Source of the DNA: Octopus vulgaris
Lineage: Eukaryota
Reading direction: 5' to 3'
Length of the DNA: 64,000 nt
NCBI GenBank assembly: GCA_951406725.2
Contig: OX597833.1
Location: 48,298,001 to 48,362,000, forward strand
Shown here: piece after piece, positions 52,029-64,000 of the stretch
How the letters are laid out: each line of letters starts with the position of its first letter
Position numbering within the stretch: position 1 is the stretch's first letter
Position numbers and translations under genes: made by a program
Notes under the pieces: generated by a model
Seen by the model: the letters and a program-made list of their open reading frames with translations, nothing else
Database searches by the model: none
Told to the model about the DNA's origin: nothing

Positions 52029-52452
52029 GGGATCTTTTCGGTTTGAACGGCAGTTTTATCTAGCGGTGTCATATGAAATTTTCACCCATAATTATGACCC
52101 TAGTATCGATCTATTGCATTTCTATCTGTTTTAGGGTTAGGGTTAGTGTTAGGGGTGGGGGAAAGGTTTCTTTTTTTCTTCACAAATGTAAATAAACCTA
52201 ATCTGTTTCTTAAACGAGGGACATATTCATACGGCACTGAATGGTTTCACCTCAATAGACGTCACTGATTGGTTGAAATTGCAGAAATCGAAAAAAAAAC
52301 ACAACAAATATCTTACAAACTATAGAATTTTCTCAATAAAGCCAAGAGAAAAATATGTTTTAGAAACACATTCTACCAGTATACGAAGTTTGAAAGTGTT
52401 TAGTTACGTGGAAATTATTTTAAAAAACTGCCGGTCAAACCGAAAAGATCCC
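52029..52452. mobile_element. GGGATC-TIR MITE with 6-bp TSD GTATAC
   Basis: gtatac|gggatc...gatccc|gtatac. Confidence 0.88.
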
Positions 52453-52499
52453 GTATACGTTCATAACACACCCGCGTGATCTGTCTTACGGTAGAAGAG

Positions 52500-53840
52500 C
52501 GACGGCATATGCAGATGATGTTACCGCCATCGTGTCTGATGAAGGGCAACTCGTGTAGAAGACGCCATCAAAGGATACGAAGCGGTTGGCAGGGGCAAAA
52601 ATTAACCAGGAGAGAAATCAGTCGGCTTGCAAGTCGGCACCTGGCGTGGCAGGTCGATGCGTCCCAACAGCGTCGTCGGACGGTGAACGGAGGTCCCAGT
52701 TAAATTGCTCGGAATCTGATTTGGACCAGATCCCCAAGTCGAGAAAAACTGGAGCGAGGTGGCAAGCGAGATGACGGCCATAACCCAGACCTGGTCTGGG
52801 AGGACGTTATATTTGCTAGGAAGGGCCGAGGTTGCACAGGTGTTTATAGCATCGGTGATAACCTACCGCCTAATCGTCGTGCCTTACCCCGGTTTGTGGA
52901 TGACCAAGTTGGAACGGATCCTTTTCCACTTTTTGTGGAAGGGGAAAACGCCACTTGTGAGACGCTCCATCTGCTGCCAAAAACCGTTAAAGGGTGGACT
53001 GGGGATGCCTTGGCTGATGATGCGCAAGTATGCGCTAAGGCTGAGACATCTCTAGTATCTGGATGGTGAGCAGCTGTGGTCACTGCATGCCAAGCAGCTC
53101 TTTCCACAACTGAAGTCCCTCAGGGACTTAGGTACATGGATCAAGCGGAGATCTAGATTGGTAGAATGGCAGAGGGAGTGTAGATAAGCACTCACTCTGT
53201 TCTCTCGGGCGAGCATTACCGGCAGCGAGGTTAGCACTGCGGATTTTTATAGAGGGTTGGTAGAGCATAAGTCCGACAACGTCCTAGGGGTGACTCTGGG
53301 CTTCGATGAGGAGCAACTGACCAACCTGTTCGGAAGGACATTCGGGCCGAGGTGTCTGGATAACTTCCAGAAATCCTTGGCTTGGTTGTGCTACCGATCG
53401 GCCTTACCGGTTCGAGAGAGGTTGTCTAGACACGGTTTTGGCACCTCCCCCATACGCCCAAGATGCGGACGCGTCAGTGAAACTGTCGCGCACACCTTTG
53501 TACACTGTGAGGAGTTGAGGGAGTTGATAAATTATGTCGAACAACTGATGTCGGATGCGGAAAGAGTATGGCTCTCGACTGGGTCTATAATAAAAGTTGT
53601 ATCGCCTTCTTCCTTCAACAAGGAAAAGAAGGCATCTTTTTTCTCTTCGTAGTAGCCATACTGAAAGAAACTGTATGGACGACACGAGCGAAAGGGATTA
53701 GAACAGGTCATTTCATCTCCGGACACGGGTTGGTAAGTTATTTCAACTTTCACCTGTTGAGAAAGATCCGTCTGGAGAAAAGGTGCCTGTCGCAAAGTAC
53801 GTTCGGAAAAAGATGGATGTCTGTAGTAAGGTAGCTGAGC
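52500..53840 (+). pseudogene. Tx1/L1-clade LINE ORF2, 3' part (RT C-terminus plus zinc finger), decayed
   Basis: AYADDVT, GAKINQEKS, VKLLGI.FG, GRAEVAQVFIASVITYRL, FHFLWKGK..LVRRSICC...KGGLGMP, LPVRERL...PRC....ETVAH.FVHC; stops and frameshifts; followed by (TCTG)n(TC)n. Confidence 0.85.
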
Positions 53841-53878
53841 TCTGTCTGTCTGTCTGTCTGTCTCTGTCTCTGTCTCTC

Positions 53879-53965
<87 letters not shown>

Positions 53966-54232
53966 TTTTCTTTTTATACTTCCCAAGAAAAAAAGAAAAA
54001 CTATCTGCAGAACTTTGCATTTTCTATGATCTTTTCATGGTTGCATGGAGATTTTTTTTCAACAGCACTTAAGCGTGTAGGTATGTGGGTATGTATGTTT
54101 GTATGTAGCTCGGTCGGTCGATCGAACGATCCGGCTCACTGCATTAACATAGTTATACATGGTAATCGAAGGCAATCAAAGTTTATCATCAGAGTCTGAA
54201 AATAATTATAGTGAATTTGAGTTATATTTTCC

Positions 54233-54720
54233 CCTCTGACGAGCAAATAACCTAACTGTAAGAATTTCGTTATCATGTCCTGATTCATCGTAGTGAGGAA
54301 ATTCTTTGTGGGTCATTTGAAAGAATGATTTCATTCAGATGTAGACAATCAACAACGTGCGAATCATCCGTATTTTTGATGTCACACTCTTAATTTCACA
54401 GTGTATGGGATTTGGGAAAATAACATTAGCACTGCGATTCAAGATAATAACTTCAGCTTCGATATTTTCATGAATCCTCTGACGAGCAAATAGCCTAACT
54501 GTAAGAATTTCGTTATCATGTCCTGATTCATCGTAGTGAGGAAATTCTTTGTGTGTCATTTGAAAGAATGATTTCATTCAGATGTAGACAATCAACAACG
54601 TGCGAATCATCCGTACTTTTGATGTCACACTCTTAATTTCACAGTGTATGGGATTTGGGAAAATAACATTAGCACTGCGATTCAAGATAATAACTTCAGC
54701 TTCGATATTTTCATGAATCC
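54233..54720. repeat. Near-identical tandem duplication, 243-bp period
   Basis: cctctgacgagcaaata at 54233 and 54476; units almost identical. Confidence 0.9.
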
Positions 54721-55222
54721 GTACATAATTAGGGATGGTTTTTCCAGTAAGATTGCTTCATCAACACGTAGATCGCCATAAAATGTCACTCAAAAGGCCA
54801 AATTAACACGTTTTAGTAAAAACAGACGACAACTTGATCGTCTGTCACATGTAAATATTATGGGAGCTGACGATGGTGATGCTGATGATGTTTGAGTCTT
54901 ACTGGATTGGCAGCGGAAACTTGTTATTGAATGAAGTGTATGGAGAAGGAATTTCCCGTTTACGAATAGGTTTACGGATATGTTATTAAAAGTATAGATC
55001 AACATATATTGTTTTCTGTCCCACACAAGCCGTTACATAGAAGTGTATAATGAATAGTAGGAATAGTAGTATATAGGAATTTTGAAATTGACGGGTGATA
55101 AAACCTGCACATCCTTTAAAGTGTATAGATTGAGATGCTATTCTTGAGAGACGGGAAACTGGTTAGTCATTTTTATCCCGATGAAGTTGAAATATCTTTA
55201 TAAATAAACCTTTATAAATATA

Positions 55223-55727
55223 CTAGCAGTATCGCCCGGCGTTGCTCGGGTTTGTAAGGGAAATAACTATATAAGCATTTTTAGAGAGTTACTTCCCTTA
55301 TAAATTCGGGCTTTCTTAGCCATTTTTGTTTTGGTGTCTTCAAGCCATGAAGTCGTTGTTCTCAAAGAACGCTGGTTTCCTTCACAACGCATTACGACGT
55401 TGATTTCTTTACACTCCCTTCCCCACAGCTTCACGAGGGAGGGAAGGGGAGAAGCAAACAGGTGCAGCTGTGAGCGTGGACGCCAACTCCGTCGCCATCG
55501 ACACACGATGCATTTTATGCATTAAAATGGAATAAAAAATGATGTTAAATTATTTTTAAAATCGTAGACTCATCGTTGACGCGCGCTAATAGTCAGACGG
55601 GCTCGATATGAATCACGACTATAAGATACCTGAATTTGGTTAAACTGCACCGCAAAATGTGGGAGGAGTTAGGAATCTAAATCGAAGGGGACAGACACTC
55701 ACACAACTAGAGTTTTATATATATAGA
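55223..55727 (-). mobile_element. Complete non-autonomous Helitron
   Basis: Minus strand: A|TCTATATATATAAAA ... cccgagcaacgccgggcgatactgCTAG|T (5' TC, 3' hairpin plus CTAG, AT target). Another 3' end of the family at 63963-63995. Confidence 0.85.
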
Positions 55728-56532
55728 TATCTTTTACTCTTTTACTTGTTTCAGTCATTTGACTGTGGCCATGCTGGAGCACCGCATTTAGTCGAGCAAA
55801 TCGAACCCAGGACTTATTCTTTGTAAGCCTAGTACTTATTCTATCGGTTTGTTTTGCCGAACCGTTAAGTTACGGGGACGTAAACACACCGGCATCGGTT
55901 GTCAAGCGATGTTGGGGGGTGGGACAAACACAGACACACAAACATATACACACACATACATATATATATACATATATACGACGGGCTTCTTTCAGTTTCC
56001 GTCTACCAAATCCACTCACAAGGGTTTGGTCATCTCTAGGATATAGTAGAAGTCATTTGCCGAAAGTGCCACACAGTGGGACTGAACGCGGAACCATGTG
56101 GTTGAGAAGCAAGCTTTTTACCATACAGCCATGACTGCGCCTGTGTGTATATATATCTTTTAGCTTTTATTTGTTTTAATCATCAGACTGCGGCCATGCT
56201 GGGGTACCGTCCTGAAGAATCGAACGAATCGACCCAAGTCCTTATGTTTTTAAAGTCTAGTACTTATTCTATCAGCCTCTTTGGCGAACCGCTAGGTTAC
56301 GGGGACGTAAGCACACCAACACTGGTTTTCAAGCGGCAGTGGAGAACAAGCAAACACACACACTCACACGACAGGCTTCCATCAGTTTCTGTTAAACAAA
56401 TCCACTCACAAGGCTTTGGTCAATTTGAGTTATAGTAGAAGACATTTACCCAAGGTGCCATGCAGTGAGACTGAACCCGAAACCATGTGATTAGGAAGCA
56501 AACTCCTCACCACACTGCTACGCCTTTTATTA

Positions 56533-57290
56533 TAGGGTGCCCACCAAAATTTGACATCATTTCATCACCTAATAACGTGAACAATTTTCGTCCAAATTGT
56601 CTTAAGTTTTAGCAGTATGTATAGAATTGCTTACATTTTTAAAATATGATCCTTCGTATTTCGTTTTTGGATTTGGTTTGCAAGATTCTTTATTTGAGTT
56701 CGTGTGTTGAAGTATATTCTGTTGTGTCTGGGGAGAGTCATTTTCTTTTTGTGCCTTATAATGCAACACACTCACCGGTAAAATTTCCACTTATTATTTT
56801 TATTTTCCTAAAATTTTCGTTGCGTCTTGCAAACCTTTTCAATAGTCTTGAGAGTCAAGACTATCGAAAAGGTTGCAAGACGCAACAAAAATTTTGGGAA
56901 AATAAAATAACAAATAAGTGGAAATTTTACCGGTGAGTGTGTTGCATTATAAGGCACAAAAAGAAAATGACTCAGATCCTTCGTATGTTTTTCTTTTCAG
57001 GATTAGATACGCCGTTTACTGCAACAGAAAAGGCTTTTTGTTTATTGAAGTACGCCCAAATTTAGTTAAATGGGAATGTGCAACGTTTATTTGTTAGGAG
57101 ATTTCATAAACAGGGAAGCAGATTTGGACGTGGCATAAGAAGGTTCAAGAAGAAGGCTGTTTGTGTATGAAAAAAAAAAAAGGATCTGGACGGCCAGCAG
57201 TTTCAGAAGAGATGGTGAACCAACTTCGGGAAACGCTTAGACCACAGAAATCTGTGGCGAAGACCAGGTTCGGAAACCCGGATCCCCAAG
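56533..57290 (+). pseudogene. Tc1/mariner-type transposon 5' end with N-terminal HTH fragment, interrupted by an insertion
   Basis: tagggtgcccaccaaaatttg terminus; PFTATEKAFCLL.YA....NVQRLF.RRF...QIWTWHKK.QEEGCLC.KK.SGRP.VSEE.V..LRE. Confidence 0.7.
56660..56974 (-). mobile_element. Penelope-like pLTR-type insertion forming a ~117-bp-arm palindrome, with 12-bp TSD
   Basis: TSD gatccttcgtat at 56648-56659 and 56975-56986; arms 56735-56851 and 56855-56973. Confidence 0.65.
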
Positions 57291-58207
57291 TCAAATGTTT
57301 GGTGTGTCGTAAGAAAACGCTTATACATGAAGACATTTATCATTTTAATTGTTGTCTTCGTGTGGCTCTAAGCCTCTTATTCTGTTTAATGTTTTGTCCT
57401 TCGTCCGTCCATTAACAGCCTCGTCTCGAGCACGTCTCGATTTGTTATGTTTTGGTCCCATTCCCGACAAGTTTTTTGCTGATGCCTCCAGAGTGGAAGC
57501 AATATTATCGATAATGGCCGAAATTGCAAATGACCCTCTGGCCGATAACTGAAGAGGAATTGGTGACCTTCTGTGTTTTTCGTTCGTCTGTGTATTTAGT
57601 ATATGTTCGTATGTTCATTTCTACACATTTTTAAATATATATATATATATATATATATAATATAAATAATATATAAATGTATGCATATATACAAATATAT
57701 ATGTACATACGTACATATACATGTATATATATACATGCATAAATGGGTACAGAACGTCAAATGGGTACAAAATGAGAAACGAGAACGTAAAAAACAAAAA
57801 CATAGAAAGCGAACTTTTTTCGAACAACGAAAGAAACAAATACAGACAGGCAACATAAAGAACATTCCCTTCATCAGTTACCCCCTCTTTTATCTACTCT
57901 GCGTTGCGAAGGTAGGGACAAGATGCGACTTCGTTGAAACAGTCCTTCCCGCAAAGCAAATGAAATAGAATTTGGGATTTTTTGCGGAGGGTTAAAGTGC
58001 TAACAAAAACAGGACAGTAAGAACAAAACAGTAAAAGCAAACGACGAGGGCTGTGAAGCCATGACGGGGTGAAGTGGTGAACGCTGGAAAAACGAGCTTT
58101 GAGAAGAGATAGGCAAAAGCACGTCTTGTCTTTAGGAAGGAAGTGGGAGAAAGAAAGATAGAGAGCCGCTGGTCACGTGTGAGCAACGACAGAGTCGAGT
58201 CAAGTAA

Positions 58208-58252
<45 letters not shown>

Positions 58253-58433
58253 TACAAAATTAGAAAATGGAGAAACATACTTAAATCAATAAAACATCAA
58301 CTATCAGATGATACCCAATCAATACTTTATTACACCATTACATATCAGTAAAGGCATTATACAAAATATAAAGTAAATATAAATAGACATCCCATGGTGG
58401 GTTGAATTTTTCAACCCCTATCTCATTTTATAA

Positions 58434-58476
<43 letters not shown>

Positions 58477-58785
58477 CAAAGTAATATCGTAAGATACTGC
58501 ACGAGTGGAAATATATATGAAAGAAGGTTTGAAAATGCAGTTTTAAAGATGTTTATTCATTTGACCGGTTTTACTTTTTTAGTAAAAGATTGTCAAAAGT
58601 AAAATGTAAAGCTCTGCATAAGCTTTGTTGTGTTAAGTACTGGTTGTCACAAAAGTATTAAAATACATATATATACATTCTTTGATAATAATAAGAAAAT
58701 GTTAAAATCAGTTTACAAGAAAATATTTAAGAAAGTATTCAACAAAAAGTATTAGGAGTTCAATAAAAATCATGTTTGTTTGGTA

Positions 58786-58847
<62 letters not shown>

Positions 58848-58919
58848 AGGAAATATATTTAAGAATTTACAAAAAAATTGGAGAGGAACCGATCTGTATT
58901 TTTGGCATTTTTTCTGTTG

Positions 58920-59098
58920 CGTATGAGAGGAGCACAGTAGTCAATTGAGTCCATCATTAAGATTGTCCCACCTTCTTCCTTCAACAAGGAAAGGCAGGTA
59001 ACTTTTCTCTGTTTAGTGGCTATAGCAAAAGAGGTTGTGTGGTTGAGGCGTGTGAAAGGGATAAGGACGGGCAACTTTCTGTCCGGCATTGGTTTGAC
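58920..59098 (+). pseudogene. Tx1-like LINE 3' fragment
   Basis: SIESIIKIVPPSSFNKERQVTFLCLVAIAKEVVWLRRVKG, homologous to 53570-53735. Confidence 0.75.
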
Positions 59099-59844
59099 CC
59101 AATACTATATTCATCATTTAAAACAAAACAAAAAAAAAAAGCTACATCCCGTTATATTCATTATATTTGTCAATTTTTAACCATTAACAAACTTATTTAT
59201 TTCGCTTTGTTATATCCATTCGGATCTTCCACATTGTCGCCACGACTCCTTCTTGCCTATCCTGTATTGTCCCTCTATGTATAGCCTTTTGTGGCAGATA
59301 AAAAATTAAATTTTCATAAAGCATGTAAAGAAGTTTTCTCTTACTCACTCCAGGTAATTTTCCAAACTTCCTTTGCCAATGGAAGAATCCCCATGAAAAA
59401 AAAAACAACAACCAAAAAGCATAAAAAGGATGGTAATAACGTTAAACTTGTATAGTAACAATTTTACGCTCTATACTGAATTGTTAAAATTTGAATTAAA
59501 AATTCTGAAAACCACTACAGTATTGATTGTTACGCATGAAGAAAGAAATGGGTGTGCTGTGCTGTTGAAAGCTAAAAGTATTTTATACAATTCCATTTGC
59601 TCATAGAGGCGCGGTAAGACTTGAAATTGAGTGGTGAATAAGATATTAATAGAGCTGGTAGAATTTAGTGACTTGGCTTCAGGCCTTGTATTTGTGATAA
59701 ATAATATGTAGAATTCTAAAACTGGGTATAAACCCTTGCCTAAAATACCAGACTCCACTCGCGCATTCGCTTGATCTGTTTTTCACTTGATAAACAAAAT
59801 GGTGATTAACGAGATGTTAAGGAGTTTTATACGATTTGTAACTT

Positions 59845-59902
59845 CATCAGGTATTTGGGGGAAATTTCGAACCTGGGTTCTCATTCCTAAGGTATTTTGC
59901 GA

Positions 59903-59936
<34 letters not shown>

Positions 59937-60170
59937 ATCAATATTATTATTCAGGTCACTGCTCTTGACCACTACGCCATATGCCCAAGCAGTGACCTGA
60001 ATAATATAATAATAATAATATCGTAAAATACCTTAGAGAACCCAGGTTCGAAATTTCCCCCAAGACACCTGATGAGCTGGAGGATATATCAGCCGAAACG
60101 TTATGAGGACAAATATCCATCGAATGTAAATAATATAAATAATTCCTCGTCTCTTAAATATAGAACTGGA
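59845..60170. mobile_element. Head-to-head pLTR-like repeat with a hammerhead core at 60064-60102 (+)
   Basis: Inverted arms 59845-59963 and 59988-60076; gacac-CTGATGA-gctg gaggatatat cagc-c-GAAA-cgtt. Confidence 0.55.
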
Positions 60171-60177
60171 CGGGAAA

Positions 60178-60221
<44 letters not shown>

Positions 60222-60958
60222 GACGGGCCCCCGCCGGAGCATTAGGTGTTTTCGCTCAATAAACACTCACAATGCCCGGTCTGGGAATCGAAACCGCGGT
60301 CTTGTGACCGCGAGCCCGCTGCCCAAACTACTGGGCCATTGCGCCTCCACAGAAAATAATTAGTAAACTTTAAAAAAGAAACACTGGATTTGATTTGATC
60401 GACTAAACAAGGTAAAAGGCAATAGTTTTCGAGAACTGAACCGTATAAGACCTGGTTCATTATGAAACCGGCTGCACTATTAAATAAATTCAACGTAATT
60501 TTTCGTTAAGAGTTCCATTCAGAAAGTCCTGCGGGTCGTAGTTTGCCCATAACTGGACTAAAAAAAGAAAAAAAAAAAAAATTACCGATGGTACTCCAGC
60601 ATGGCCGTAGTTCAATGACTGAAATAATTTCTTTTCTTTGCTAGCAAGCCATTTCTCGTTACCGAAAGCTACGTGCATAAAGTCACGTATTATGTAAACG
60701 CTTTTGTAACAGACTCAACGAAGCGAAGCGAATATAGTCAGTTGTTCTTATATTTTAATTTTTACGTCTACTCAGTTCGCTTTTGTGTAACTCCGATGAG
60801 AGGGAGAGTAAGAGGGAGAGAGAGAGAGAGGAAGAGTCTCTGAGAGAATAAGAAAAACATAGACAAAGAGAGACAGAGAGACAGAGAGATAGAGAGAGGG
60901 AGAGAAAGAAAGAGAGGGGAGAGAATTAAAGTGATATGTATGTATATGTGTGTGTATA

Positions 60959-61300
<342 letters not shown>

Positions 61301-61304
61301 GATT

Positions 61305-62780
61305 ACATGAATGCGCGTTGGTTGGGGTCCCCTGGGAAACAAGGGGACCTCTTAAACGACATAAAGTTACATGAATTAGAAATCATAGCCATAAGTGAGA
61401 CCTGACTCCATAATCCACGGGCCCTAAAGTTCATGTTTGGCGGACAGTTTAACATTTATTTTTCTCCCTGTCTGCCAAGAATGGGCGGTAGTGGCACGGC
61501 GGTACTTTTTCGGAAGAGTCTAGATCTCGAAGTAAAGACAATATTCGTAGACCCGGAGAGTAGACTGGTTGTCCTGGATATCGACGGCAGCAATGGGTGC
61601 GCTTTTCGACTCGTATCAGTCAACGCACCGCCTTTAACAGGTCGGCCAGATTTCTTTCGACGTCTAGAAGTATTCCTAGGAACGTCTCGTCCTTTACTTT
61701 TAGTGGGGGATTTGAATGCTACCTTGGACACGCATCTAGACTACGTGGGAAGAGATAGGAATAGACGGGGAGCAGAGACCTTCTCAGACGATTTCAACTG
61801 TCTGATAGGTACCGAGTCGACCACCCGAATGCGCCAACGTGGGCATGGAGCAACCGCATCGGGTCATCGAGATCGTATCTAGATAGAATACTGTGCAGGA
61901 CAGTAGATAGAGATAGCGTAGGGTGTCCACAATTCCACATAGTCAGCTACACGGATCACAAACTTGTGACGTGTACGCTAGACATAGATAAGACACATAA
62001 GCAGGGTTCCGGTTACTGGAAACTGAACGCGTCTTTCCCATCGAGACAGGATTTCAGAGACCGGATTAGCACGCTAGTAATGTGGGCTTTGACGGGAGCC
62101 ATCATCAACAGCAAATGGTGGCTTGCCCTCAAGAGAGCTATAAAAGCAGAAGCGATTAGATATAGCAAAGCACTAGCGATAGGCAGAAACAGAGTAGAGG
62201 GTGACCTAATTAAGAAGCTAGATGAGGCAATTGGAAGTGGCATCGCATCCGACGTATTGGCGGCGAGGTTGGCTCTCGACCAACACTTCAACGCCAAACA
62301 CGAAGGATGTATTGTCAGGGCTAGAATTCATGCTCTAAGGAACGTGGGTGTTGGAGGCCCGGGTGGCGGAGGCGCAACAGGACAACAAAGCCACCATTCG
62401 GTCTCTGGTAGATGAACAGGAGCGCGAATTACTCGAGCCAAGTAAAATGTGTGAGGCCTTTCAGCAGCATTTTGCCCGACTGTTCGGAACGAGGGGTGAG
62501 AACGCAGGATGGACTTCAGTGCCAACCTGCACAGCCTGCCATGACTCTCGACAAGAGAGGCAGAGTGCTGCGAAGGTGCCATTACGGTAGCAGAAGTGCG
62601 GGACGCGATGGCAGAATGCTCTAGGGATAAATCGCCGGGTATAGATGGTCTCCCCTACGAGCTTTACAGTTGTATGCCAGACTTGTTTGGAGACATCTTG
62701 GCAGCAAAACGGGAGCACCCCCGGTTTTGTGAGCCGTGGAGCCGTAACGCTGCTGAAGAAAGATCCAAATACGGGCTGGG
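61305..62780 (+). pseudogene. Tx1/L1-clade LINE ORF2, 5' part (APE endonuclease, linker, start of RT), decayed
   Basis: MNAR..., IIAISET, GTAVLF, RLVVLD, FRLVSVNAP, LLLVGDLNA, SYLDRI, TDHKLV, GSGYWKLNAS, KSPGIDGLPYELY, VTLLKKD; frameshifted. Confidence 0.85.
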
Positions 62781-62895
62781 ATTATCTTATTTATATGGTG
62801 GTTATTCTCCCGAGTAAACCTCGTAATCAACGTATCTATCTGTCTATAATGGAGAAATTATACAAAATGTATAAGGAAATGATGAGTAAAATACC

Positions 62896-63462
62896 TATTT
62901 CTTTATTACCCACAAGGGTCTAAACATAGGGAGGACAAACAAGGACAGACAAACGGATTAAGTCGATTATATCGACCCCAGTGCGTAACTGGTACTTATT
63001 TAATCGACCCCGAAAGGATGAAAGGTAAAGTTGACCTCGGCGGAATTTGAACTCAGAACGTAGAGGCAGTCGAAATACCGCTAAGCATTTCGCCCGGCGT
63101 GCTAACGATTCTGCCAGCTCGCCGCCTTGATAAGTAAAATACCGGCACAGTTTCGATTACCTGTTGTTATCTGTAGATTTATTGCAGGAACTACGTAGTG
63201 GCGGTTGGGGTAACAGTATTAATAAGATAGAAGGCGGCGAGCTGGCAGAAACGTTTGCACGCCGGGCGAAATGCGTAGCCGTATTTCGTCTGCCGTTACG
63301 TTCTGAGTTCAAATTCCGCCGAGGTCGACTTTGCCTTTCATCCTTTCGGGGTCGATAAATTAAGTACCAGTTACGCACCGGGGTCGATGTAATCGACTTA
63401 ATCCGTTTGTTTGTCCTTGTTTGTCCCCTCTGTGTTTAGCCCCTTGTGGGTAGTAAAGAAAT
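62896..63462. mobile_element. Two head-to-head SINE family A monomers (62896-63128 on -, 63231-63462 on +)
   Basis: Near-consensus copies in inverted orientation about 100 bp apart. Confidence 0.85.
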
Positions 63463-63501
63463 AGGTATTACTAAGATAGATTGAATAAAAGATTTTATTT
63501 A

Positions 63502-63541
63502 GTACGACATGTTTCGACCCGTTCTGGGTCTCTTCGGGTAC
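63502..63541 (-). ncRNA. Minimal type I hammerhead-ribozyme motif (U4C variant)
   Basis: gtac-CCGAAGA-gaccc agaac gggtc-GAAA-catg-TC-gtac, followed by AATAAA. Confidence 0.65.
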
Positions 63542-63542
63542 A

Positions 63543-63577
<35 letters not shown>

Positions 63578-63578
63578 A

Positions 63579-63947
63579 AAGTCTCACTAGAGATTTCCTG
63601 ATTCGGTTTTACGCACCGCTACATGCCCACCAACTTTGGGAATGAGTAAAAAAGAGAAAAATTGAAATGAAAAATGAAAAATTCAAATATGAACGTGAAA
63701 GTTATACATTCTAGTTTAGAGAAAATGACGTAATGAGCCGTCGCTTTTGTAACTGTTAAGACAAAGAAAAAGAAGGAGAAGTTGAAAGGAAGATAATACC
63801 ACATTTTCTCTTATCTAGAATGTATAATTTTCACATTCATATTTGAATTTTTCGGGTTTCAATTTTTCTCTAGTTTTTTCTCATTCCCAAAGTTGATGGA
63901 CATATGGCGGTACGTAAAACCGAATCAGAAAATCTCTAGTGAGACTT
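63579..63947. mobile_element. Foldback element with ~150-bp diverged inverted arms
   Basis: aagtctcactagagattt.ctgattcggttttacg...gaaaatg / cattttc...cgtaaaaccgaatcag.aaatctctagtgagactt. Confidence 0.8.
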
Positions 63948-64000
63948 AAGTTTTAAAATTTACTAGCAGTATCGCCCGGCGTTGCTCGGGTTTGTTTCGA

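Overview
AT-rich, repeat-dominated metazoan genomic DNA. The tRNA-derived SINE repertoire and dense (TA)n/(TCTA)n/(AAT)n microsatellites point to a mollusc, probably an octopus (inference). Almost all ORFs in the supplied track are microsatellite or SINE artefacts. The only convincing host gene is a single coding exon at 34967-35890 (-): an alpha-kinase-fold protein that keeps its zinc ligands but has lost the catalytic Lys, the catalytic Asp and the metal-binding Asp, so it is a probable pseudokinase, with a YNHxxx-repeat/PSAP tail. About 2.3 kb upstream lies a ~2 kb palindrome (38233-40269) with a 2-nt loop. Several minimal hammerhead-ribozyme motifs, canonical or core-variant, are scattered through the window, often as head-to-head inverted pairs resembling Penelope-like pLTR/retrozyme remnants. 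Also present: a GGGATC-ended MITE family with 6-bp target duplications, decayed Helitron, Dong/R4, Ty3/gypsy, Tx1 and Tc1/mariner fragments, and a local CpG-decay domain (~27.7-36.9 kb) suggesting gene-body methylation. Repeat boundaries were read by eye and are approximate.
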